64,000 bases of DNA, from NCBI GenBank assembly GCA_946965045.2, contig OX337228.1, positions 3,720,001 through 3,784,000 on the forward strand. Direction: 5' to 3'. How positions within the stretch are numbered: the first letter of the stretch is position 1; each line of letters opens with the position of its first letter. This DNA is from Epithemia pelagica (Eukaryota; Protista; Bacillariophyta). Both the position numbers and the translations under genes were made by a program. Positions 1 through 9,593 of the stretch are shown here, in pieces. The notes beneath the pieces were generated by a model, which was not told the DNA's origin, searched no databases, and was given only the letters and a program-made list of their open reading frames with translations.

Positions 1-1
1 T

Positions 2-241
2 GTCACTACCGATCGTCCCATCAAACGGCGGCGACGAACACGAAGTCGCCGTAAGTCATCTTCGACGAACAGTGGCACCAAAATAAGTGGTGCCCAGCCC
101 TTGACAGACTTCTACCGATTCCAAACGAAGGACAATCGGAAACGAACATTGCAAGAATTGCGACAAAGATTCGAACAAGATTTGGCGAAAGTGCAACAGA
201 TGAAAGAAGACAAGAAGCATTGCTATCGACCCTTTTCATGA
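2..241 (+). CDS. RRP7: 3' end of an RRP7-like ribosomal RNA processing protein (partial; 5' part lies outside the window)
   Basis: Frame 2 translated by hand: ...AQPLTDFYRFQTKDNRKRTLQELRQRFEQDLAKVQQMKEDKKHCYRPFS*. This matches the RRP7 C-terminal pattern (DFYRFQ...LR.RFE.D..K...MK...RP[FY]). Not in the ORF track because it has no start codon in the window. Confidence 0.75.
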   Translation, partial: VTTDRPIKRRRRTRSRRKSSSTNSGTKISGAQPLTDFYRFQTKDNRKRTLQELRQRFEQDLAKVQQMKEDKKHCYRPFS

Positions 242-291
242 ACGTAAGGAAGCGGGTTGAATGCGGCAAATCCTCGTACTGCAACGACTCA

Positions 292-1325
292 TCAACTTTG
301 GTCTAGATAGTTGGCAGTGTGACCAACTGTAAATCCAGCCAACAACAGCGGAGGGATCTCCTCCACGTCATTACGTGTTTTTCGAGAGTACAGACAGAGT
401 AGAACATACAAGGGAGGAAAAATGAAACAACGCTCTAGTATCAGAGAGCAACAGCATATAAAGAAAGTGCAGATTTCATGTTCTGTATGCCATTGCTCGT
501 TGACTCTGTTCTTGGGATAAACGGAGTTAAACACACGCGTTTGTTGCGTCTTTTGTACGAGAACGGCATGTGACATAATGTTTGTAGCATGGATAGATTC
601 TGGATACACATCGTACGACAGTAGATTGAGAATCCAACAGAATGCATCGTCGAAAGTTTCTTGGTTTTTGTCTAATTGTTTTTCGTCTTGAGCCGGTTGG
701 AAGGCATATCGGAATACGGGTGTGGTCGTTTCCACCCCATGGGTGGCGTCAAATAGGCTAAGAGCAAGGCACCGGCCGTGGCACCGACTGCAACATGCCA
801 CTGATCGGTATAGCGGTAGACAGCAAAGGGAAGGAGAAACAAGACAGTTGTCGCCGTATTAATCATGAGAGACTTGATATCATGGCCAGCTGAGATAAAT
901 TCAAGAGTGTGCGATGGCACAAACAACGCGAACCGACGAAGCGACAACATTCGAAAGAAAAAGAGAGAAACAATCACAGATACATGAGAAGATGGTCGTG
1001 CAAACATTGAGTTCTATTGAGGCTCATTCTTGGACTCACAATGATACGGCTTTTCTTCAGGAGAGGTAGTCGACATGGCAATCTGTGTAATTTTCGTGAA
1101 ATGACAGGATCTACTGGGAACAGCGCAAATTGCAATAAGGTTCTTAATGGAGCGACGTGACTGCTTGGAAAAGTATCTACTGCATGTGGTTCCTGGAGGC
1201 GTGATGCAGGCAAGCTGGAAGAAAAGAGTCGTTACCTTGCTTGGTAACTTGCAAGAATGATCATTGATGATGATGATGATGGGAGATGACGATTGCGACG
1301 ACAACGACACAGACACACAACACAT
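292..1325 (-). CDS. Possible multi-exon or degenerate gene for an uncharacterised membrane protein
   Basis: Three adjacent minus-strand ORFs (1014-1325, 672-1007, 292-801). Hydrophobic segments are present (TATTVLFLLPFAVY; VAVGATAGALLLAYL). No recognisable domain, and the exon structure is unresolved. Confidence 0.3.
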
Positions 1326-1459
1326 GCCCCGGAACCCGGAACTCCGACGGGCGTGGGGTAGAACCTGATCATCCCCCCACTAACACAAAAGATCCGTGTG
1401 TCTCATTACACTTCCGAGTTGCCCCCGAGATCGCCATGGTGATGGTGATGGTGATGGTG

Positions 1460-1570
1460 TACCCCTAGCGGAAGGGTGAGTCCTGGTCGTGAATGAGAGA
1501 GGGAGCATTCTGATACTCATTGCACACCACTGTCATTCACACGCACGACTCACCCTTCCGCTAGGGGGTA
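1460..1570. mobile_element. 111-bp MITE with Academ-like termini
   Basis: Left TIR TACCCCTAGCGGAAGGGTGAGTC (1460-1482) and right TIR GACTCACCCTTCCGCTAGGGGGTA (1547-1570); an imperfect match continues inward. A 10-bp direct repeat GGTGATGGTG flanks it at 1450-1459 and 1571-1580. The termini resemble those of the element at 41436-45911. Confidence 0.85.
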
Positions 1571-2434
1571 GGTGATGGTGATGGTTATGGTGGGTGCCCC
1601 CAAACGGACACAAGTCCGACTGGAAAAGAATGCTTTACGGCCCAAATTCCACGTTGCTCACCATCTGTGAGAAACAATGTTGTAGCAATAATACCTTTTC
1701 CTACGAGCAAATGTTCGATTGAAGACTGATGCTCTCTTCTTGACAGAGCATCCATCAAATACGAGAGGGCTGGGTGCCATGCCCGATGTTCCTACGTAAA
1801 ACATACTCCCAGTACAAACTACTCCTACAAAAAGAAGTAGGAGTAACAGTACTCTAGTAGATTGCTCATATAACGCTGCTTCTCAGACCCAACCTATCGC
1901 CTGGGGTGCCGTCGACCGAAATGCATGGCCTACAGATAGTACTCCTAATCATGGACTAACTGGTGTCGAAAGCGCTAGAAGTATCACATGCGACGATTCC
2001 AACAGTACTCCGAGAAGTAGATTACATCGACAAACGAAGAGAAGGAGGAGAAGGAGTAGAAGAAGTGAGACTATGACGAATGACGACGGAAGTTTGGACC
2101 ACGATAATACTCCTAGACCATAGGGACCATAGACAACTACCTAGGTAGACAAGCTAGAATAAGGACTATTGCACGAAGTTGCTTGTTTCGAGTAATGCCT
2201 ACTCCACTATCTACTACTCCTAGGAGTAGGTAGGAAATACAACCAATGTAGTATTTTCTCCAGTAGGCTCTGGGTGAAGGCAGTAGACGAGGTTGTGGTA
2301 TTGCGCGAGCACATAGTGGTATCTACACACTGCCCTCTTTGGACTACTGTGGTATATCATACAACCAACTGTCGTACTTTTGGCTGTTTTTTTAGGCCGT
2401 AAAAGACAACTAGTTTGACGCACGTACTGGTACT

Positions 2435-4744
2435 GTGGGTAAAAGTACAGTCAATACAACCTTACAACCAACCATCACAAATTCAAGAGAGCGACAAAAG
2501 AGCAACAATCATCCCTACTGGCGAACAACAAATTTCTACAAGACAAACAGGATGCCTCGAACCAAGAATGACTACAAACCCTACCTTGTTGCAATGATGA
2601 GCCATCTGGATGGATGGACCTACAGCCGAGGAACGCAGTTCTCAAGGGAGCAGTTGTTGCGACTCAAACCAGTAGACATAGTGAGATGGATGAATTTCAA
2701 GACGTTTGGGGTTGATGATCCACCAATTGATGCCAATCCAACACATGCACGCTCATCATCAATACTATATTGGAAGAAGGCCATTTCATCGTTCATGCCA
2801 TGCCGACTTCCGCACTGGAATGAAGAATCTTTGTCTGGCAACCCAACAAAGTCCCAAGAGGTTAATGACCTTATTACGCGCGTGAGAAAGAAGGAAGTTC
2901 GCAAGCAAGGAGTTGAGTCGAAAGCTCGCCGTCCTTTGACCGAGGGTGAGTTCCGCCAGGTGCAGATCATCCTTCGAGAGAGTCCAGAGAATGGCCACAT
3001 AACTCGGTATGGCATACCAGGTTTTGTGAATTTTCTAAGTCACATGATTGCACGCCCTGACTGCGTGAGCCAGTGGAAAAAAGAGCTCCTAGAGCCACAT
3101 GATGTTTATCCTGAGTTTGCTGTCAAGGCGCAACTCTCATGGGCTAAGAATGTGCAACAAGAGGGAGACGCACCATGGCAGATTGTTCTTGGCTCTCGGG
3201 ATCCATTTTTCTGTGTTTTCATTGGCCTTGCCATATGGCTTGAGTTTTATCTATCAAGTCAATCGGGCCCTTTATTGACTCCCTATGTTTTCGCATTCAC
3301 AACGGACACAAGAGTACCCAAAGGAGGTGAAGCAACAAATGACTATGTCCGAGAAGTGCTGACCAAACTCTATGCCAGCAGTGAATTTGTTAGAGAGCGT
3401 GGTGGGCTATTGGGAGCTTATAGTATACGCAAATTTGGCTCAACAAGAGCTAGGCGAGGAGGTGCATCAAAGGATGAAAAGGACTATAGAGGTCGCTGGA
3501 AGAAGAATCGCCGCGTTTCGGATGTCTATGATGACGCTGAACTGCCATACCCAGATGGCAAGGTTGCGGCATTGTTGTGTCCAGGAGGACCCTGCAGCTA
3601 CCGAATCAAGACAAACAGTTGTGTCACGAATGATTGGATACTAGATCATGTTGTGCCATCTATTGCTGGCTCTGTGTACGGAAGGACTTTAGCTACAATT
3701 TTGGGGAAGGCTCTTCTATGGGTAATTTTTTCAGACAAGAAACACTGGGTCCCTCCAGCAATTGTTGCCCGCGTAACTGATGCATATAGAGAGCTTGTGG
3801 GTGAAGAGGATACATCAGGAGCCCTTGCTAATCCTGTGGAAAAGAAACTTCTTGTTGTCACTGGTGATGACGCAACGCTTGTCATAACCGAAATCAATGC
3901 GACACCAGCTGCTGCATCACTTGGGGTTTCAACAGCTCCTGCACCAGCGCAAGACAATAATGTTGAAGGGCAAGCGCCCATTCCGAATGATGAACCACCC
4001 TTGCAGCAACCAGTTGTCTTGGGAGGACACATGGAGAGCCAGACTTCCCGGCAACTGCTTCATACGATTGTCAACCAACTCAACACAATCCAGTCTTCTA
4101 TGTCAGCAATGGCTGAATCCATTGTAGAAGGAAGAGAAACTGACAGAGCAATGATGCAGAGTCAGTTTCGAATCGTTCACTCAAACATGCGCCGCATTTC
4201 TCAGGAACCACTCCGCCTCTTGCGTCGTGCAATACGAGGAAACAATCAACAAAATGGAAATCAAAGAAACAATCATGCCAACAATAATAATGAGAACAAT
4301 GCACCAGTATATCAGAATAATTTTGGAGGTAATGGTGCTGGTGGTGCTGTTCTTGCGGGTGGACAGCCACTTGGTGAGCAGCATGGTGCAGAAAATTTTG
4401 ATGGTGATGCTGTCGGAGTGGCAAACCCACAAGTGCTTGCAGAGCTTTCTCCAACTCCAAGAAACTTGTACACTCTCTGGGAGGAATACATGGTAGGGAT
4501 TGGTGGTAGAAAACCTGCAAGGATGTTTAGCAGACAGGAAAGAGGCCGGTGTAAGCACAAGTATCACAGAAGAAAAATTGTTTGGGATCGGATTGCACTG
4601 TTAATCAATGCTGGACTTACTTCACACATGGCCTGTGACAGAATTTATGATGTGTATGGCCATGGAGCCACGGTCACAACAATCATCAATGCTCTCAAAA
4701 AAGATATTAGAGAGAATTCACTTGATGACAGGTTAAGAGTATGA
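2435..4744 (+). CDS. Crypton tyrosine recombinase with C-terminal GCR1_C-like domain (copy 1, 769 aa)
   Basis: YR-like motifs MIARPD (R), LGAYSIRKFG (HxxR position), RGRWK (W) and DVYDD (Y). The C-terminus LSPTPRNLYTLWEEYMVGIGGRKPAR...KYHRRKIVWD is typical of the GCR1_C-like domain of stramenopile Cryptons. Confidence 0.85.
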   Translation: MGKSTVNTTLQPTITNSRERQKSNNHPYWRTTNFYKTNRMPRTKNDYKPYLVAMMSHLDGWTYSRGTQFSREQLLRLKPVDIVRWMNFKTFGVDDPPIDANPTHARSSSILYWKKAISSFMPCRLPHWNEESLSGNPTKSQEVNDLITRVRKKEVRKQGVESKARRPLTEGEFRQVQIILRESPENGHITRYGIPGFVNFLSHMIARPDCVSQWKKELLEPHDVYPEFAVKAQLSWAKNVQQEGDAPWQIVLGSRDPFFCVFIGLAIWLEFYLSSQSGPLLTPYVFAFTTDTRVPKGGEATNDYVREVLTKLYASSEFVRERGGLLGAYSIRKFGSTRARRGGASKDEKDYRGRWKKNRRVSDVYDDAELPYPDGKVAALLCPGGPCSYRIKTNSCVTNDWILDHVVPSIAGSVYGRTLATILGKALLWVIFSDKKHWVPPAIVARVTDAYRELVGEEDTSGALANPVEKKLLVVTGDDATLVITEINATPAAASLGVSTAPAPAQDNNVEGQAPIPNDEPPLQQPVVLGGHMESQTSRQLLHTIVNQLNTIQSSMSAMAESIVEGRETDRAMMQSQFRIVHSNMRRISQEPLRLLRRAIRGNNQQNGNQRNNHANNNNENNAPVYQNNFGGNGAGGAVLAGGQPLGEQHGAENFDGDAVGVANPQVLAELSPTPRNLYTLWEEYMVGIGGRKPARMFSRQERGRCKHKYHRRKIVWDRIALLINAGLTSHMACDRIYDVYGHGATVTTIINALKKDIRENSLDDRLRV

Positions 4745-5156
4745 TTGTTGCTGCGGCTTCACCTGAAACTAGACTTTTATGTAATCTATGCTACCTGGAC
4801 ATGGAGTATCTTGATTGATGAGGGGATAGCCTAGCAAGATATTGCCAGTAGGAAATCTCCGTACACCATACATACGAGAACTTGTGTACTGTCTCTACTC
4901 TCTACACGGTTGCACTATTTGTTGCATTCGTTCACACTACCAAAGGAGTAGGTAGGAAATACAACCAATGTAGTATTTTCTCCAGTAGGCTCTAGGTGAA
5001 GGCAGTAGACGAGGTTGTGGTATTGCGCGAGCACATAGTGGTATCTACACACTGCCCTCTTTGGACTACTGTGGTATATCATACAACCAACTGTCGTACT
5101 TTTGGCTGTTTTTTTAGGCCGTAAAAGACAACTAGTTTGACGCACGTACTGGTACT

Positions 5157-7466
5157 GTGGGTAAAAGTACAGTCAATACAACCTTACAACCAACCATCAC
5201 AAATTCAAGAGAGCGACAAAAGAGCAACAACCATCCCTACTGGCGAACAACAAATTTCTACAAGACAAACAGGATGCCTCGAACCAAGAATGACTACAAA
5301 CCCTACCTTGTTGCAATGATGAGCCATCTGGATGGATGGACCTACAGCCGAGGAACGCAGTTCTCAAGGGAGCAGTTGTTGCGACTCAAACCAGTAGACA
5401 TAGTGAGATGGATGAATTTCAAGACGTTTGGGGTTGATGATCCACCAATTGATGCCAATCCAACACATGCACGCTCATCATCAATACTATATTGGAAGAA
5501 GGCCATTTCATCGTTCATGCCATGCCGACTTCCGCACTGGAATGAAGAATCTTTGTCTGGCAACCCAACAAAGTCCCAAGAGGTTAATGACCTTATTACG
5601 CGCGTGAGAAAGAAGGAAGTTCGCAAGCAAGGAGTTGAGTCGAAAGCTCGCCGTCCTTTGACCGAGGGTGAGTTCCGCCAGGTGCAGATCATCCTTCGAG
5701 AGAGTCCAGAGAATGGCCACATAACTCGGTATGGCATACCAGGTTTTGTGAATTTTCTAAGTCACATGATTGCACGCCCTGACTGCGTGAGCCAGTGGAA
5801 AAAAGAGCTCCTAGAGCCACATGATGTTTATCCTGAGTTTGCTGTCAAGGCGCAACTCTCATGGGCTAAGAATGTGCAACAAGAGGGAGACGCACCATGG
5901 CAGATTGTTCTTGGCTCTCGGGATCCATTTTTCTGTGTTTTCATTGGCCTTGCCATATGGCTTGAGTTTTATCTATCAAGTCAATCGGGCCCTTTATTGA
6001 CTCCCTATGTTTTCGCATTCACAACGGACACAAGAGTACCCAAAGGAGGTGAAGCAACAAATGACTATGTCCGAGAAGTGCTGACCAAACTCTATGCCAG
6101 CAGTGAATTTGTTAGAGAGCGTGGTGGGCTATTGGGAGCTTATAGTATACGCAAATTTGGCTCAACAAGAGCTAGGCGAGGAGGTGCATCAAAGGATGAA
6201 AAGGACTATAGAGGTCGCTGGAAGAAGAATCGCCGCGTTTCGGATGTCTATGATGACGCTGAACTGCCATACCCAGATGGCAAGGTTGCGGCATTGTTGT
6301 GTCCAGGAGGACCCTGCAGCTACCGAATCAAGACAAACAGTTGTGTCACGAATGATTGGATACTAGATCATGTTGTGCCATCTATTGCTGGCTCTGTGTA
6401 CGGAAGGACTTTAGCTACAATTTTGGGGAAGGCTCTTCTATGGGTAATTTTTTCAGACAAGAAACACTGGGTCCCTCCAGCAATTGTTGCCCGCGTAACT
6501 GATGCATATAGAGAGCTTGTGGGTGAAGAGGATACATCAGGAGCCCTTGCTAATCCTGTGGAAAAGAAACTTCTTGTTGTCACTGGTGATGACGCAACGC
6601 TTGTCATAACCGAAATCAATGCGACACCAGCTGCTGCATCACTTGGGGTTTCAACAGCTCCTGCACCAGCGCAAGACAATAATGTTGAAGGGCAAGCGCC
6701 CATTCCGAATGATGAACCACCCTTGCAGCAACCAGTTGTCTTGGGAGGACACATGGAGAGCCAGACTTCCCGGCAACTGCTTCATACGATTGTCAACCAA
6801 CTCAACACAATCCAGTCTTCTATGTCAGCAATGGCTGAATCCATTGTAGAAGGAAGAGAAACTGACAGAGCAATGATGCAGAGTCAGTTTCGAATCGTTC
6901 ACTCAAACATGCGCCGCATTTCTCAGGAACCACTCCGCCTCTTGCGTCGTGCAATACGAGGAAACAATCAACAAAATGGAAATCAAAGAAACAATCATGC
7001 CAACAATAATAATGAGAACAATGCACCAGTATATCAGAATAATTTTGGAGGTAATGGTGCTGGTGGTGCTGTTCTTGCGGGTGGACAGCCACTTGGTGAG
7101 CAGCATGGTGCAGAAAATTTTGATGGTGATGCTGTCGGAGTGGCAAACCCACAAGTGCTTGCAGAGCTTTCTCCAACTCCAAGAAACTTGTACACTCTCT
7201 GGGAGGAATACATGGTAGGGATTGGTGGTAGAAAACCTGCAAGGATGTTTAGCAGACAGGAAAGAGGCCGGTGTAAGCACAAGTATCACAGAAGAAAAAT
7301 TGTTTGGGATCGGATTGCACTGTTAATCAATGCTGGACTTACTTCACACATGGCCTGTGACAGAATTTATGATGTGTATGGCCATGGAGCCACGGTCACA
7401 ACAATCATCAATGCTCTCAAAAAAGATATTAGAGAGAATTCACTTGATTACAGGTTAAGAGTATGA
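5157..7466 (+). CDS. Crypton tyrosine recombinase with GCR1_C-like domain (copy 2, 769 aa)
   Basis: Same protein as copy 1 apart from a D/Y change near the C-terminus (SLDDRLRV vs SLDYRLRV). Confidence 0.85.
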   Translation: MGKSTVNTTLQPTITNSRERQKSNNHPYWRTTNFYKTNRMPRTKNDYKPYLVAMMSHLDGWTYSRGTQFSREQLLRLKPVDIVRWMNFKTFGVDDPPIDANPTHARSSSILYWKKAISSFMPCRLPHWNEESLSGNPTKSQEVNDLITRVRKKEVRKQGVESKARRPLTEGEFRQVQIILRESPENGHITRYGIPGFVNFLSHMIARPDCVSQWKKELLEPHDVYPEFAVKAQLSWAKNVQQEGDAPWQIVLGSRDPFFCVFIGLAIWLEFYLSSQSGPLLTPYVFAFTTDTRVPKGGEATNDYVREVLTKLYASSEFVRERGGLLGAYSIRKFGSTRARRGGASKDEKDYRGRWKKNRRVSDVYDDAELPYPDGKVAALLCPGGPCSYRIKTNSCVTNDWILDHVVPSIAGSVYGRTLATILGKALLWVIFSDKKHWVPPAIVARVTDAYRELVGEEDTSGALANPVEKKLLVVTGDDATLVITEINATPAAASLGVSTAPAPAQDNNVEGQAPIPNDEPPLQQPVVLGGHMESQTSRQLLHTIVNQLNTIQSSMSAMAESIVEGRETDRAMMQSQFRIVHSNMRRISQEPLRLLRRAIRGNNQQNGNQRNNHANNNNENNAPVYQNNFGGNGAGGAVLAGGQPLGEQHGAENFDGDAVGVANPQVLAELSPTPRNLYTLWEEYMVGIGGRKPARMFSRQERGRCKHKYHRRKIVWDRIALLINAGLTSHMACDRIYDVYGHGATVTTIINALKKDIRENSLDYRLRV

Positions 7467-8493
7467 TTGTTGCTGCGGCTTCACCTGAAACTAGACTTTT
7501 ATGTAATCTATGCTACCTGGACATGGAGTATCTTGATTGATGAGGGGATAGCCAAGCAAGATATTGCCAGTAGGAAATCTCCGTACACCATACATACGAG
7601 AACTTGTGTACTGTCTCTACTCTCTACACGGTTGCACTATTTGTTGCATTCGTTCACACTACCAAAGGAGTATCTACCGTAATTTTCAGAGTCCTGGTAG
7701 CTACTCCTACTAGAGGAGACAGTACTCCTAGCTAGCTAGCGCCCGGCGCACACACGAGTCAACAACCACCCGCTAAAAACGCGAACGAGAATCTGCAGCT
7801 TCTGGGGGATCTGTCTCTCCGCATCTTCTTCGTGGGGGAAGATTGCTTTCCTTCGTTCTTTCGGAAATTGCAGATGTGTAATGTGTACAAGACCGAACTT
7901 CGGCGGAAGAAACTTGGTCTGTCTGGCTTCTGGAGAGCCAACCAATGCAGGTTCCCCAATGCATTTGTGAAATCTTCCCACACGACCACGACTATCTTGC
8001 GGCACTCAAGTCTTGTAAAGACGAGAACCTGGGATGTGGAGCGCGGCATCTTGTATGAGCCAAAGAGTAGGACATCTTGATCATCCACGTCATCCAGTCG
8101 TACAAGGCCAATTTTTCAGGTGCGCCCGAGCCAAAATTGCCAGAGAGAGAAAGAATCGGCTCTGCCAGCACGCGCGAATAGATGGTACATTACAATACCG
8201 TTGAGTGTGACCAAACGGCACTTAGAGGTAATTAGGCACACACCATTCATTGGTCTTCTCATTTTGTTTGTTGGTAGCTCGGGTTTTGTTACATGGGTGA
8301 CACACTCTTTCATCGCCAACTCACCTCACAAGACAACGGCACAAACATACATAGCCACAACTGGAAACTCAACAAAGAAAGGCAGAAACCACCGAAAACA
8401 AACTAAACCACCAAAACCCAACCGCAGGTAACAACAAGTCACGCCTAGGTGGTTCCCTCCATTCGTGCTCATTGCTGGTCGTCGCATTCCACG

Positions 8494-9429
8494 ATGACAA
8501 TAAGGTTGGGCGCTGAATCTGCCACCATGTCCCGTCTACCCCCAAACGAAGCAACCTCAACATCAGCTACAACACAACGGGACAATCGTAAATCTGTTCG
8601 TTTTGCTAGAGGCGCAGATGTGTATATAACGACTGATGCAGAAGCAGAAAATACGTTATCGAGTGATGAGTTGTGGTATAGTCGCAAAGATTTGAAGCGA
8701 TTCAAGGCGCACACAGTTCAAATTGCCAGTGATATCATTCAAGGTGAACATGGCCACAAGGCCTCGTTGTACTGGCAACATGTATTGCAGCGTGCATATG
8801 AAGCAGTGCACGAACAAGCATGGCATTATCAACAACGACAACAAGAACTGCATGAGCAGAAACAAAGACTAGCGGCAAGTAAGGGCCACTGCCAAAGCCC
8901 CTTGTGTACTTCTTCCCTTGAGGATGAGGACAATGCAGCAACAATACGTGGATTGCTTTCAGACAGTGAGGGCGCCAATTTGCGCGACTTGTATTCTTAC
9001 AATTCGCTTTGTCCACTGGGAATGGAGCATTTGCTTGTGGACGTTATGGCGCACGATGCCGCCTGTCGCCAACATGAATTGCTGGACCGGATTGTGGTAA
9101 TGGAAGAACGGTGTGGCCACGCTTTGCCCGATCTGTTGCCTGACCTGATTCGCATGTCATGCCAGTCGTTGACACGCGGACCGCAATGGATGGCTCATCA
9201 AATTGCACTTGCACTGGCTGCCTCACAAGGGTATGTGGCGGATACTACGAGACCCAGACAAGCACAACAACAGCCACTGCATTTGGCTCCCGCATCCAAG
9301 TCTGCTAGGTTGTCCTCTCTTCCACCCAAACTGGTTCCTGTGGTCGATGACTCGTCCGTGTCATCTGGTTCCTCGACTTATTCCATCCCCAGGGAAACAT
9401 TATCGAACACGAGCAAGGCCGCATGCTGA
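8494..9429 (+). CDS. Uncharacterised diatom-family protein
   Basis: Long intronless ORF with the KSVRF...ELWYS pattern often seen in diatom hypothetical proteins. The first ATG is at 8494. Confidence 0.6.
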   Translation: MTIRLGAESATMSRLPPNEATSTSATTQRDNRKSVRFARGADVYITTDAEAENTLSSDELWYSRKDLKRFKAHTVQIASDIIQGEHGHKASLYWQHVLQRAYEAVHEQAWHYQQRQQELHEQKQRLAASKGHCQSPLCTSSLEDEDNAATIRGLLSDSEGANLRDLYSYNSLCPLGMEHLLVDVMAHDAACRQHELLDRIVVMEERCGHALPDLLPDLIRMSCQSLTRGPQWMAHQIALALAASQGYVADTTRPRQAQQQPLHLAPASKSARLSSLPPKLVPVVDDSSVSSGSSTYSIPRETLSNTSKAAC

Positions 9430-9593
9430 CACCTGCATCAAGTGAGCCTTGAACTCTGTGAAGTCTAGAGTATAGAATAGCATGTAAAACTATTGGAAAT
9501 TGCTAGGAGTTATGACTCTCCCAACTCATTTTTCGAGGTGCTAGTGGGGTCAAGATTCTACTACCGATACTCCTAGTGGCCAAGGTAGATTCT

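Larger units (their letters stand above)
2222..7672 (+). mobile_element. Tandem head-to-tail dimer of a Crypton (CryptonS-like) tyrosine-recombinase DNA transposon, 2722-bp unit
   Basis: Two near-identical 2722-bp units. The 7-bp core AGGAGTA occurs at 2222-2228, 4944-4950 and 7666-7672. No TIRs or LTRs. Each unit encodes a tyrosine recombinase plus a GCR1_C-like domain. Confidence 0.85.

Noticed and set aside
2222-7672. The 2.7-kb tandem duplication as a pure assembly artefact
   Set aside because: The units differ at several bases, and the boundaries fall exactly on a 7-bp core shared with the flank, as expected for recombinase integration. It is not fully excluded without long reads.
7736-8090. 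Short ORFs next to the Crypton, one with FWRANQCRFP resembling a hAT dimerisation motif
   Set aside because: The similarity is too short, there are no TIRs or other transposase motifs, and no frame is clearly coding.
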